Below, piece by piece: positions 8,805 through 18,501 of a stretch of DNA of 64,000 nt. The notes beneath the pieces were generated by a model. That model saw only the letters and a program-made list of their open reading frames with translations. It was not told the DNA's origin and ran no database searches. Location of the stretch: the NCBI GenBank assembly GCA_965657355.1, contig CBFHOE010000006.1, positions 253,510-317,509 on the forward strand, written 5' to 3'. The translations under genes were made by a program, and so were the position numbers. Within the stretch, counting starts at the first letter, position 1. Every line of letters begins with the position of its first letter. Source of the DNA: Limisphaerales bacterium (GTDB taxonomy: Bacteria; Verrucomicrobiota; Verrucomicrobiia; Limisphaerales; JAJOIW01).

Positions 8805-9920
8805 TCAACCGGTAGGATGGAGCTCGCCCATTCGTCTGAAAATTCTGTTACCCGGTTGAGCAATGGGTTGGTTGTAGTCATTGTTGAATTTGAATTCATC
8901 CTGAACGATATAAATTGGCCTTTGTCTCAGCTCTTCGTAAATACGAGCAACATACTCTCCGAGTATCCCAAGCGTGAGTAGTCCCATACCTCCAATACCT
9001 GAAAGGAGAATAACCAAGGTGGCCCAGCTGTCTACTGTATCGCCGTAACGTGCCCAGCGAAGTATCGTATACAACCCGTAACCTGCGCCCCCCACGATAG
9101 TGAGTAATCCAGAAATAGAAGCCAATCTTAGTGGAATCAACGAAAAGGAAACTAAGGTTGTCCATGCCAATAAGCCCATCTTCTGGAGTGAATATTTAGT
9201 TTCTCCCTTTTTTATTGAAGGTCCTCGGTAATTGACGAATGTTTGGGGAAATCCTGCCCATGAATACAGATCACTCAAAAACCTCTTTTGTTCCCTCATC
9301 CGAAGAACTTGGTCAAGGCAGCGGCGACTGACTAATCGAAAATCACCGGAATTCAAAGTGAGGTGCGAGGCTCCAGCAAACTTCATCAAACGATTGAAAA
9401 ACCAAGTAGGCACTTTTTTAAAAATTGTTTCCCCCTCGCGATGGATTCTTTTTCCATGCACGACATCGTAACCCTGACAATAGGCCTTAACCATCCGGCG
9501 AATAACCGAGGGTGGGTCTTGCAGATCGGCGTCCATAACCACTACAGCGTCTCCTGTGGCTTTATCCAGGCCCGCCGTGACCGCTAATTGATGCCCAAAA
9601 TTCCTTGAAAGGGTAATGGCTTTTAGTTTGAAAAAAGTCGGTCTCCATTTACAAATTTTGTCCCAGGTATCATCTGAGGATCCGTCATCCACGAGAACAA
9701 CCTCTAAATTGAATTGGGTCTGCTGGACGAAATCTTCCATGGCCAAACGAAGGGAGTTGACTGCTTCAGTTTCGTTATAACAAGGTATAACTATACTTAA
9801 TAATTTTGGCTCTGGTCTTTGTTTGAGTTGGTTCATGTAACTCTGGTATGGACTCATTTTAAGCGGTCCCTCTGTAGTAAATCGGCACAAATTAAATGGC
9901 TTTAAGTAGCTCTCATCCAC
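8805..9920 (-). CDS. GT2 GtrB/ArnC-like glycosyltransferase with two C-terminal TM helices (likely start near 9836)
   Basis: VIPCYNE, VDDGSSD, SRNFGHQ, MDADLQDPP, GDFRL and GEYVARIYEE..RP.Y. Confidence 0.88.
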   Translation of the reverse strand: MDESYLKPFNLCRFTTEGPLKMSPYQSYMNQLKQRPEPKLLSIVIPCYNETEAVNSLRLAMEDFVQQTQFNLEVVLVDDGSSDDTWDKICKWRPTFFKLKAITLSRNFGHQLAVTAGLDKATGDAVVVMDADLQDPPSVIRRMVKAYCQGYDVVHGKRIHREGETIFKKVPTWFFNRLMKFAGASHLTLNSGDFRLVSRRCLDQVLRMREQKRFLSDLYSWAGFPQTFVNYRGPSIKKGETKYSLQKMGLLAWTTLVSFSLIPLRLASISGLLTIVGGAGYGLYTILRWARYGDTVDSWATLVILLSGIGGMGLLTLGILGEYVARIYEELRQRPIYIVQDEFKFNNDYNQPIAQPGNRIFRRMGELHPTG

Positions 9921-9981
9921 GGAGTTGGCGAATTTACGAAACCGGCTTGTTAATTTATGGTTTTGAGGGCAGTGTTAGGAC

Positions 9982-11331
9982 ATGCACCGAAGACAATTTT
10001 TAAAATCAACTGCCGCTGGCCTAGCGATGGCCTCGTCTGGTTTAACTGCTGCCGATTTGGCTGATATTGGTAAAAAGAAGGTCGCCCTCATCGGATCGGG
10101 TTGGTATGGAAAATGTGATTTGCTGAGGTTGATCCAAGTCGCCCCTGTTGAGGTTGTTGCTCTTTGCGATGTGGATAAAAAGATGCTTGATGAAGCCGCA
10201 AATATTGTCGCTTCTCGGCAGAAAAGTGGGAAAAAACCGGTTCAGTTTACCGATTATCGAAAGCTCTTGGATAATGAGGAACTCGATATGGTGCTGGTTG
10301 ACACTCCAGATCATTGGCACGCACTACCAATGATCCAAGCCGCCCAAAGAGGGCTTGACGTATGGGTGCAGAAGCCAGTTGGTGTTGATGTTGTCGAAGG
10401 GCAAGCAATGGTCGCCGCCGCAAAAAAATACAAAAGCGTCGTTCAGGTCGGCATGCAACGCAGGAGCACGCCACATTTAATTGATGCCAAGAACAAGATA
10501 ATCAAAGAAGGTAAATTAGGAAAAGTGGGGCTCATCGAGGTTTACTGCTATTATCACATGCGATCACGCCAGAATCCTGCTGATACTCAGCCGCCAGCTC
10601 ATTTTGACTACGACATGTGGACCGGGCCAGCTCCGATGAGGCCATACAATAGTCTCGTGCATCCAAGGTCATGGAGAGCCTTCATGGAGTATAGCAATGG
10701 TATTCTTGGGGATATGTGTGTTCATATGCTGGATATGGTGCGATGGATGTTGGATTTAGGTTGGCCAAAGAAAATAAGCTCATCTGGCGGTGTCTATGTT
10801 CAAAAAGGAGTCAAGGCAAACACCACGGACACTCAAACAGCAACTTTTGACTATGGTGATTTACAAGTTGTCTGGCAGCATAGAGCTTGGGGAAATGCTC
10901 CAGATAAGGAATACCCGTGGGGGGCAACATTCTACGGTGAAAAGGGAACCCTCAAAGCTAGCGTCCAAAAGTATGATTTTATCCCTCGTGGTAAAGGAAA
11001 TCCAATACACCAGGATGTCGTTTATGAATTAGACCAGTACCCTGAAGATAAAGATGAAAAAGATCTGGAACGCCATGTGGCTCCAGCTATCAGGGGGCAT
11101 ATGCTCGATTGGCTTCATGCAATACAGACCCGAGGAGAAACGGTCGCAAGCATTGAGCAGGGCCACATCTCTGGTTCTTCATGCATTCTTGCTAACTTAT
11201 CTCAAAAGCTTGGTCGCAGCCTAATTTGGGATGAGGAAAAAGGAGAAGTCAAAGGGGATGCTGAGGCTAACGGTCTCTTGGCTCGTGAATATCGAGCCCC
11301 TTGGATTCACCCACACCCAAATAAAGTTTAG
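9982..11331 (+). CDS. Tat-exported Gfo/Idh/MocA family oxidoreductase
   Basis: MHRRQFLK twin-arginine signal; IGSGWYG, TPDHWH, QKP, QVGMQRRS and DMCVHMLD. Confidence 0.9.
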   Translation: MHRRQFLKSTAAGLAMASSGLTAADLADIGKKKVALIGSGWYGKCDLLRLIQVAPVEVVALCDVDKKMLDEAANIVASRQKSGKKPVQFTDYRKLLDNEELDMVLVDTPDHWHALPMIQAAQRGLDVWVQKPVGVDVVEGQAMVAAAKKYKSVVQVGMQRRSTPHLIDAKNKIIKEGKLGKVGLIEVYCYYHMRSRQNPADTQPPAHFDYDMWTGPAPMRPYNSLVHPRSWRAFMEYSNGILGDMCVHMLDMVRWMLDLGWPKKISSSGGVYVQKGVKANTTDTQTATFDYGDLQVVWQHRAWGNAPDKEYPWGATFYGEKGTLKASVQKYDFIPRGKGNPIHQDVVYELDQYPEDKDEKDLERHVAPAIRGHMLDWLHAIQTRGETVASIEQGHISGSSCILANLSQKLGRSLIWDEEKGEVKGDAEANGLLAREYRAPWIHPHPNKV

Positions 11332-11375
11332 TTGAAAATTTAACGTCAATTTCTTTTGAACGATCTTGTGACGCT

Positions 11376-12428
11376 ATGAGGGTTCTCATTGCCGGACAGG
11401 GATTGGCAGGAACCGCAGTAGCTTGGCGGCTGCGAGAAATGGGTCATGACTTCCTCATCATAGACCCGTGTGAAGAAACCACCTCTTCGATTGTTGCCGC
11501 CGGTTTAATGACGCCTATTACTGGAAAAGATTTGACGCCGAGCTGGAGATTCAAAACTTTCTATAAACAGGCGGTTGAGTTTTACCGGAAATTGGAAAAA
11601 ACTCTTGGTTCCCATTTATTTTACCCTACTGCTATTTCTAGAATTTTTATTAATCAATCAGAAAAGGATACTTTTAATCAGGCCTTTGAACAGGACGAAT
11701 TCAGGCAACACGTTGAGCAACTCGATAAATTTCCAAAATATGTGAGTGCCCCTCATGGAGGATTTACAATGCCTTCTGGAGGGCGGGTCAATGTAAAAGA
11801 AATTATCAAGCAAAGCAGGAATTACTTCTCTCAATACGACCAATTCAGGAAGGGGTTTTTTGATTTAGATAAGGTACTTCCATACAAAAATCATTTTGTA
11901 TTTGAGGGTGAGAAGTTCGATAGAATAGTTCTTTGTCGTGGCTTTCGAGAAAGCAACTATATGGATCACAAAGCATTACAATTTGAGCCGAATCGCGGTC
12001 AGATGCTAAGAGTAAAAACTGAGCAATTTGTAAATGACCCGGTTTGGAATCAGAGAGGTCTTTGGTCTTTTAGAGAACCCGAACGTGGATCTGTACTTAT
12101 CGGAGCAACATACAATAGAATGCAAACTTCAGCTCATCCATCAGTTACTTCTTTCGAGCAAATTATAAGGCGTCTGAGAAGATATATGGAATTACCCAAT
12201 GGTTCATTCAAAATCATTAATCATCCCACAGGGATAAGGCCGATTATTCGAGGTTGGAAACTGGTGGCGGGGGCTCATCCGAGAATAAATAACCTTTATC
12301 TTTTTAATGGGCTAGGCTCAAAGGGGGCACTTCGTGCTCCTACGTTTTCCCTTCAGCTGGTTAATCAAATAATTAATGGTGAACAAATCGATGCTGGCGT
12401 GGACTTCGGTATGGTAAATAATAAATAA
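11376..12428 (+). CDS. FAD-dependent oxidoreductase, DAO/glycine-oxidase/MnmC-oxidase-like
   Basis: IAGQGLAG dinucleotide motif, SSIVAAG, RGQ, GATY, GIRP and NGLGSKG. Confidence 0.8.
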   Translation: MRVLIAGQGLAGTAVAWRLREMGHDFLIIDPCEETTSSIVAAGLMTPITGKDLTPSWRFKTFYKQAVEFYRKLEKTLGSHLFYPTAISRIFINQSEKDTFNQAFEQDEFRQHVEQLDKFPKYVSAPHGGFTMPSGGRVNVKEIIKQSRNYFSQYDQFRKGFFDLDKVLPYKNHFVFEGEKFDRIVLCRGFRESNYMDHKALQFEPNRGQMLRVKTEQFVNDPVWNQRGLWSFREPERGSVLIGATYNRMQTSAHPSVTSFEQIIRRLRRYMELPNGSFKIINHPTGIRPIIRGWKLVAGAHPRINNLYLFNGLGSKGALRAPTFSLQLVNQIINGEQIDAGVDFGMVNNK

Positions 12429-12443
12429 TCTTACTGAAAAATT

Positions 12444-13025
12444 ATGAAATTTAGCAAAGCAGTGGAGTGGAGTCACAAAATGGCCAGTGAAGTCATTTCT
12501 ATAGGTGATACGGTTATTGATGGTACCTCTGGAAATGGACATGACACTTTGTTCCTTTTAAACCAAGTAGGCTCTGAAGGAAAAATATATTCCTTCGATA
12601 TTCAGGACGAAGCTATCTTGTCAACACGTGAAAAGCTCAAACGCTCCTCTCTCGATTATTCAGATGTAGTTTTAATAAACGCGAATCATGCCAAAATGGA
12701 TGACTACATCCCTGATGATTGTATCGGGAAAGTGAAAGTTATTATGTTTAATTTTGGATATCTTCCAGGTGGGGACCACAGTTTGACAACTTCCGGAGAT
12801 TCAAGCACTAAAGCGGTAAGCCTTTCATTAAAGTATCTCGAACTTGGTGGCCGCTTAGTTTTGACCTTTTATACCGGCCACCCAGGTGGGAAAGAGGAAG
12901 CCTCACAAGTTACCGAACTATTAGAGAATTTAGACCCTAAAAAATTTGTCGTCCTCATTTACAAATTTATGAATTTGCCAAATACCCCCCCTTACGTCAT
13001 CACTGTTGAGCGTGTTGATAGGTAA
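12444..13025 (+). CDS. Class I SAM methyltransferase, YtqB/MnmM-like (putative rRNA methylase family)
   Basis: IDGTSGNGHDTLFL, FDIQ, FNFGYLPGGD, YTGHPGGKEE and N.PP are characteristic of this family. Confidence 0.85.
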   Translation: MKFSKAVEWSHKMASEVISIGDTVIDGTSGNGHDTLFLLNQVGSEGKIYSFDIQDEAILSTREKLKRSSLDYSDVVLINANHAKMDDYIPDDCIGKVKVIMFNFGYLPGGDHSLTTSGDSSTKAVSLSLKYLELGGRLVLTFYTGHPGGKEEASQVTELLENLDPKKFVVLIYKFMNLPNTPPYVITVERVDR

Positions 13026-13028
13026 GAC

Positions 13029-13607
13029 TTACTCAGTAAGATTCAAATTGTGCGGGACAATGAAGTTAATTACTGGGCTTTTGCAGATCCCACTTTTCAT
13101 GCACGCTTGCCAAGAGAATTGAACTTCGAATTCTCCTTTTTGTGCTGAAAGAGTGACGGGTTGGTAAATTGTCACATTTCCATCTGGGTAAATTGAGTAT
13201 TCGATTCCTAAAGTTTCATTTGTTTCCACTACAGATTCTGACGATTCTGCGAAACCACCAGTTGACGTAACGACCCCGTTAGGAACTATTGCTATTGAAG
13301 TCGCTACCCCGATTCCATCAGCTTTTATTGAGTCGTGGGATAGGGAATAAATGTAAAACCCTGGTTCGGCCGTCTTTAGCTGATAGCCTATGAGATAATC
13401 TCCTTTCGAAGATTTAAATAATGAGGATCTTAATGAAACTCCTTCTTTCGACTGGGTGGCAAGTTCTTGTAGCTCTTCCAGATCTTCAATTTTAGGCCCA
13501 TCCGCTTCGATTAATTTTTGTCCTTTTGGGTCGTTGCCACAGCCGCAAAGAAAAATCAATAAGCATAGACTAGGTAAACTGAGACTGAAGGATAGTGACC
13601 TTATCAT
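13029..13607 (-). CDS. Lipoprotein with a DsbD N-terminal-like (Ig-fold redox) domain
   Basis: Lipobox LCGC; PGFYIYS and WQAC-x5-C-x-x-P resemble nDsbD. Confidence 0.6.
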   Translation of the reverse strand: MIRSLSFSLSLPSLCLLIFLCGCGNDPKGQKLIEADGPKIEDLEELQELATQSKEGVSLRSSLFKSSKGDYLIGYQLKTAEPGFYIYSLSHDSIKADGIGVATSIAIVPNGVVTSTGGFAESSESVVETNETLGIEYSIYPDGNVTIYQPVTLSAQKGEFEVQFSWQACMKSGICKSPVINFIVPHNLNLTE

Positions 13608-13622
13608 ATTTCAAATTTAGGT

Positions 13623-14357
13623 TTATGCTTCCATGGGTTTTCCACTTGGGCGGACTATGATCTCATCAATGGACGCATTAGTGGGCATCTCAACGGCAAA
13701 AAGCGCACAATTTGCGACATCATCAGGGCTTAACATTTTTAAGCGAGCATCCTCGTCTGGTGGCGTAGGTCTTTGGTCGAGAAACTTCGTAGCTATATCT
13801 CCCGGACAAACACAACAGGCACGGATGCCATTGCTTCTTTCTTCAGCATTGATAGACATTGTCAGGCCTCTTTGTCCAAATTTTGATGCGACATATGAGG
13901 GACCGGATTTTGGGTAAGCTGTGATCCCAGCATCTGAAACTATATTGACAATTGTTCCAGATTTGTTCGCTCTCATATTTGGAAGAATTTCGCTGACGAA
14001 GTAATGAGTGCCATTCAAATTAACATCCACTATCCTTTCAAAATCTTCATGCTTGAGAATTTCGAATGAGCGATCGGGAACATTGAAACCGGCTGAATTG
14101 ATTAAAGCATCGATATTTTTAAACTTTTCTAAAATGGCTTTTGCGGTCGCGGAAACTTGCTCTGAGCGACCGACATCACACTTGAATGGGACCAGGTTAT
14201 CGGCAGCCTCATTTGCCTCCTGAATGGTAGTTTCCAGCGTTTCTAAGTTTCTGCCCACGATGGCGACTTGCCACCCTTTTTGAGCAAGTTTGATCGCTGA
14301 CGACCTGCCTACCCCTGATCCGGCACCTGTAACAATTGCTTTTCTTGGTTCACTCAT
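13623..14357 (-). CDS. SDR family oxidoreductase
   Basis: TGAGSGVG, NSAG and YVASK catalytic motif. Confidence 0.92.
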   Translation of the reverse strand: MSEPRKAIVTGAGSGVGRSSAIKLAQKGWQVAIVGRNLETLETTIQEANEAADNLVPFKCDVGRSEQVSATAKAILEKFKNIDALINSAGFNVPDRSFEILKHEDFERIVDVNLNGTHYFVSEILPNMRANKSGTIVNIVSDAGITAYPKSGPSYVASKFGQRGLTMSINAEERSNGIRACCVCPGDIATKFLDQRPTPPDEDARLKMLSPDDVANCALFAVEMPTNASIDEIIVRPSGKPMEA

Positions 14358-14370
14358 TTTTATCTCTTGA

Positions 14371-15453
14371 TTATTTTTCTACAGTGACCCACTTATTGGT
14401 TTCCTTTGATTCAAGAATCGCATCTATTACAGCTGCGACTTGAACACCCTCCTTGAATGACGGTTTGCAGTCTCTTCCCTGTTGTATGGCCTCTATAAAT
14501 TCAAAGTCTTGGTCATATCGAAATGTCTGTATGGGATCACCATTTGCTGTATCTCTTGGGGACCCGGCAACTTTCAAGAATTCTTTTGGCACTTCCTGTT
14601 CTTCCAATGTGCTGCTTCCTTTTCGCCCAACTATAATGTGATTCGGCTTCCCTAATCGGTATATGAGCGTTCCCTCAGATCCAGCGACCTCACAAAAGTC
14701 TTCGCTAATACCTCCCTCTCCTCGGCCGGTAGCCACTTTAGTGGACTCCAACATACCCGTTGCATTATTTTCAAAACGTGTGATGACCCCGACCCAATCT
14801 TCTAAATCCGATGGCTTATCCTCTCTTGTTTCATGAAAAATCCTGGTATCAGCTACCAGCGAGTCGATAGGCCCAAACAATAAATGGGCAAAGTCAATTC
14901 TATGCGAGAGCATGTCTCCTATTTCGCCCGTGGCAGCCAAAGATTTATTCTGTCTCCAGCCAAGGAATCTCGATCCCCAATCCTGTTGTCTTCGGCAACG
15001 GAAATGATAAGGACGACCAATAAACCCGGATTCGATTAAATGAGAAATGTATTGCATGCCCGGCACAAAACGATAAGTAAACGCAGTCATGTGACGAACA
15101 CCTGCTGCTTCAGCGGCATTCCACATGTCACGAGCTTCAGGCAGATCCATGGAAATCGGCTTCTCGCATAAAATATGCTTTCCCGCTTTGGCCGCGGCTT
15201 TGGCAATAGGGGCATGAACAAAATTTGGTGTGGCAATGATAACGGCATCAACCTCGTCCCAGGTCAGCAATTCATTAAAGTCAGTTGTCTTTCTTTTTAT
15301 ACCTGTGTCGTTGGACGCCTTTTCAAGCGCCTCCGAATTGGAATCACAGAGAGCAACCAGTTCTGCTCCAGGGCAGTACTTAAGTCCCGGAAAGTGATTT
15401 TGGACAGCGATTCCACCACATCCAATGAGAGCTACTCCTACATTTTTTTGCAT
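14371..15453 (-). CDS. Gfo/Idh/MocA family oxidoreductase
   Basis: IGCGGIA, ATPNFVH, CEKP and DMLSHRID. Start placed at the ATG at 15453. Confidence 0.9.
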   Translation of the reverse strand: MQKNVGVALIGCGGIAVQNHFPGLKYCPGAELVALCDSNSEALEKASNDTGIKRKTTDFNELLTWDEVDAVIIATPNFVHAPIAKAAAKAGKHILCEKPISMDLPEARDMWNAAEAAGVRHMTAFTYRFVPGMQYISHLIESGFIGRPYHFRCRRQQDWGSRFLGWRQNKSLAATGEIGDMLSHRIDFAHLLFGPIDSLVADTRIFHETREDKPSDLEDWVGVITRFENNATGMLESTKVATGRGEGGISEDFCEVAGSEGTLIYRLGKPNHIIVGRKGSSTLEEQEVPKEFLKVAGSPRDTANGDPIQTFRYDQDFEFIEAIQQGRDCKPSFKEGVQVAAVIDAILESKETNKWVTVEK

Positions 15454-15565
15454 GATTAAGGACAATAGCCGAGCCACTTTATCTTCAGCAAGAACGATGT
15501 TGGATGAGGATGACAAGAAATTACTGTAATAGCCGAGCCGTGGCTTTGTGAAACCAGGATAAAAG

Positions 15566-16450
15566 CTACTGTCTCAAGCTAGGAATATGACATAGGCAGT
15601 CCGCTTCGGTAGCATAATCTACAACAGTTTTGCCTGATGAGTCTTTTATTCTCAGGTAGTCTGGTCGGAGAATCTCTTCAGGTATTTGGTTGAGTTGGGC
15701 GCCACATGCAGCACGGTGCAAACAATTTTGCCTAACGTCATTTTCTACCAGCAAATACATTTCCACCAAAAATTCTCCCGGGCATTGCCACAAAAATCCA
15801 TGAAAAGCCGCTTTGTGGAGGAAAGTTTCACCGTCGTTGTCATCGACCAGCATCAGGTCGGGATCGTGGTATTCTTCGGGGATTTGATCTAGTGTGCCCC
15901 ACCTCGCAGCCCAATGCACAAAAGTCTCCCCATTTTTATCGCTGGCAAACCAAATATCCGTCGTCCAGAACTCCTGAGGGATCTCATGAAGTTTTCCAGA
16001 CTTGGCACACTCGTGGAAAAAGGTTAGCCCATCACTGGATTGGTTCAAAAATGGATTGCCTACTTGGGATTTTATATCGAATGGGATATCCCGGGGACTA
16101 AAACCACTTTTTTCTTCATCCGGATCCTCTTCAATATTTTCCACCAATGCGGTGAATTTCCCTTTCTCGTTGAACATCAACGATTTCGAATACCGATCAG
16201 GATCAGAATTCTTTGGGTCATTTGTTAATGCATCGGTTAAGGGTTTGAGCTGGGTCAGGTCGACTTTTGAAAGGTGTTCAAGCCACTGCGAGGATTTCTC
16301 AGGCTCAATAGCTAACTCGTATTCACCGTTTACAATTCGGCACTCCGCCTCAGTCATCCTATGAACCATCTCAGCCTTTTGCTGGGAACTCTCTAAATGA
16401 CTAAGAATGACTTGCTCAATTTGCTTTTCATCCAGTTTAATCCTGATCAC
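15566..16450 (-). CDS. Ankyrin-like repeat protein
   Basis: About five 33-aa repeats of the form (D)xxGxTxxHxAAxxGxLxxIP in the C-terminal half. Confidence 0.7.
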   Translation of the reverse strand: MIRIKLDEKQIEQVILSHLESSQQKAEMVHRMTEAECRIVNGEYELAIEPEKSSQWLEHLSKVDLTQLKPLTDALTNDPKNSDPDRYSKSLMFNEKGKFTALVENIEEDPDEEKSGFSPRDIPFDIKSQVGNPFLNQSSDGLTFFHECAKSGKLHEIPQEFWTTDIWFASDKNGETFVHWAARWGTLDQIPEEYHDPDLMLVDDNDGETFLHKAAFHGFLWQCPGEFLVEMYLLVENDVRQNCLHRAACGAQLNQIPEEILRPDYLRIKDSSGKTVVDYATEADCLCHIPSLRQ

Positions 16451-16818
16451 GACTCTGGTGCTCCAATGAAAGATTCGGTTGATATACTAGATACTTAAGT
16501 TATTAGAATACTCTTAGGCACATATTTTTGATAATCTATTGGTTCTAGCACCAAAAATGCTTTTTCGGGGATTATCGAGACTAAGGTTTTGAGATTTTGA
16601 TGCTGCAAAAATCTGGAAGAAGCGAATTGACTCAGGGTTCATGATATCGTTTTGCCGCGTGTATTCGAGCATGTAAAAAATGGAAGTTTTAAATCGTGTT
16701 AAGGAAAAATTATAAGTTTTATAAGTTTAAAAAAATTAATAGTTCACCCATAATAGACTGTGTGATCAGTTTAAAGTATTGCCTAATTCGGGCGTGTGAA
16801 GTACTCAGCCTTTAGCAG

Positions 16819-17478
16819 ATGAAAACGGAAATTAATAATGGGGCGCTGCATCCCTTAATTTTAATAACACTTTTTGGAGTTTGTGGGTGTTACAACGTGA
16901 ATTATGCAGTTAAGGAGAAATTCGGGATACACAAAAGAGATATCCTTATCTCAACGATTGAAAGCGCAAAAATAAAACAAAATAACGCCAGCGATCAATT
17001 TCAAAGCGCATTAGATAGTTTGATGCAAATTTATCAAATCAATGCAGGCGAACTAGAGCAGAAGTATGCCTTGTTTTATAAAGAGTTCGAGGAAAGCAAG
17101 TCAAAAGCCGGAGCCCTGAAAGATGGAATCAAGCGAGCTAATAGAGTCGCAAAAGATCTTTTCGCTGAATGGGAGCGTGAGATTACTGAAATACAAAGCA
17201 CTTCACTCAGAACAAAAAGCCGATCCAAATTCCAAACAACCAGAGTGAGATTCGACAGTTTAATTTCTGCCTTTAGATTTTCAGAAGAAAAGATGGGTGA
17301 AGTTCTTGTTCAGTTGAAAGATCAAGTCCTTTATCTGAAACATAATCTAAATGCGAGTTCCATAAATAGCCTCGAGGGTGAAGTTAATGACTTGCAAAAT
17401 GAGATGATTGAATTGATTAAAAGAATCCGGTTGTCTATCAATGAGGCGGATTCTTTTATTGGCACACTGCCAGAATAG
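16819..17478 (+). CDS. DUF2959 family coiled-coil lipoprotein
   Basis: CGC lipobox, YAVKEKFGIHKRDIL, LFAEWERE and DQVLYLKHNLNA. Confidence 0.85.
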   Translation: MKTEINNGALHPLILITLFGVCGCYNVNYAVKEKFGIHKRDILISTIESAKIKQNNASDQFQSALDSLMQIYQINAGELEQKYALFYKEFEESKSKAGALKDGIKRANRVAKDLFAEWEREITEIQSTSLRTKSRSKFQTTRVRFDSLISAFRFSEEKMGEVLVQLKDQVLYLKHNLNASSINSLEGEVNDLQNEMIELIKRIRLSINEADSFIGTLPE

Positions 17479-17505
17479 GGATTATTTATACTGCCCAGCA
17501 AATTA

Positions 17506-18495
17506 ATGAAGCTTAATGAAATAGCCAAGATATTAGGTGGGGAACTTCGAGGAGATCCCGAAATTGAAATCAAGGAGATATTACCAGTAGACGAAGCAAA
17601 ATCTGGATCGCTCTGTTTCGTAGAGAAAGCTGCCTATTTAGAAAAATTAAAAGATTCAGGTGTGTCGGCTGTCTTGTTATCAAAAGAACTCTCCAGTCAA
17701 TTTGATGGAAATAGCATTCTAGTCGAGGAACCAAGAAAAGGTCTTGCAACATTATTACCTCACTTTTCTAAAGAGCCGTCACCTTCGGCTGGGATACATC
17801 CATCTGCCGTTATTGAGGAAAGCGCGACTGTATCCGACTCAGCGTATGTCGGGCCTCATTGTTATGTTGGCCATGATTCAATTATTGGTGACCGCTCAAT
17901 ATTAATGGGAGGTGTTCACGTTTCGGCCAACTGTTCTATTGGTCAAAATACAAAAATCTTTCCAAACACGACTATCTATCATGGATGCCGACTAGGTAAC
18001 CGAGTTCGCGTTCATGCCAATACGGTTATTGGGAGCGATGGCTTTGGTTATGTTATGCACAATGGTGAACATCAAAAAATTCATCAAATAGGAGGTGTTG
18101 AAATACATGATGATGTGGAAATCGGAGCCGGTTGTACGATTGACAGGGGCGCATTAGGGACGACCAAGATAGGCCAGGGAACAAAGATAGATAACCTAGT
18201 TCAAATTGGTCACAACGTTGAGATTGGGCAGCACTCCATTCTCGTTGCCCAAGTTGGTGTTGCTGGCTCAACAAAAATGGGAAAATATGTCATAGTTGCT
18301 GGCCAAGCTGGTATTTCAGGGCACTTGAAAATAGGCGATCAGGTGACAATTGGCGGCAATTCAGGAGTTACAAAAGATTTACCATCGGGTTCCAAGGTAA
18401 TGGGATATCCAGCCTTTGATCATATAAAGTTCAAACGCGCATCCATTATTTTTCAGAAACTCCCCGAACTCTTTAAAAAGCTCAAACTAAAATAG
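17506..18495 (+). CDS. lpxD: UDP-3-O-acyl-glucosamine N-acyltransferase
   Basis: Hexapeptide repeats, IGSDGFGY, IDRGAL and KIDNLVQIGHNV. Confidence 0.97.
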   Translation: MKLNEIAKILGGELRGDPEIEIKEILPVDEAKSGSLCFVEKAAYLEKLKDSGVSAVLLSKELSSQFDGNSILVEEPRKGLATLLPHFSKEPSPSAGIHPSAVIEESATVSDSAYVGPHCYVGHDSIIGDRSILMGGVHVSANCSIGQNTKIFPNTTIYHGCRLGNRVRVHANTVIGSDGFGYVMHNGEHQKIHQIGGVEIHDDVEIGAGCTIDRGALGTTKIGQGTKIDNLVQIGHNVEIGQHSILVAQVGVAGSTKMGKYVIVAGQAGISGHLKIGDQVTIGGNSGVTKDLPSGSKVMGYPAFDHIKFKRASIIFQKLPELFKKLKLK

Positions 18496-18501
18496 TAGAG
18501 T

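Noticed and set aside
16710..16727. Tandem TTATAAGTT x2 upstream of DUF2959
   Set aside because: Only two copies in very AT-rich DNA; compatible with chance.
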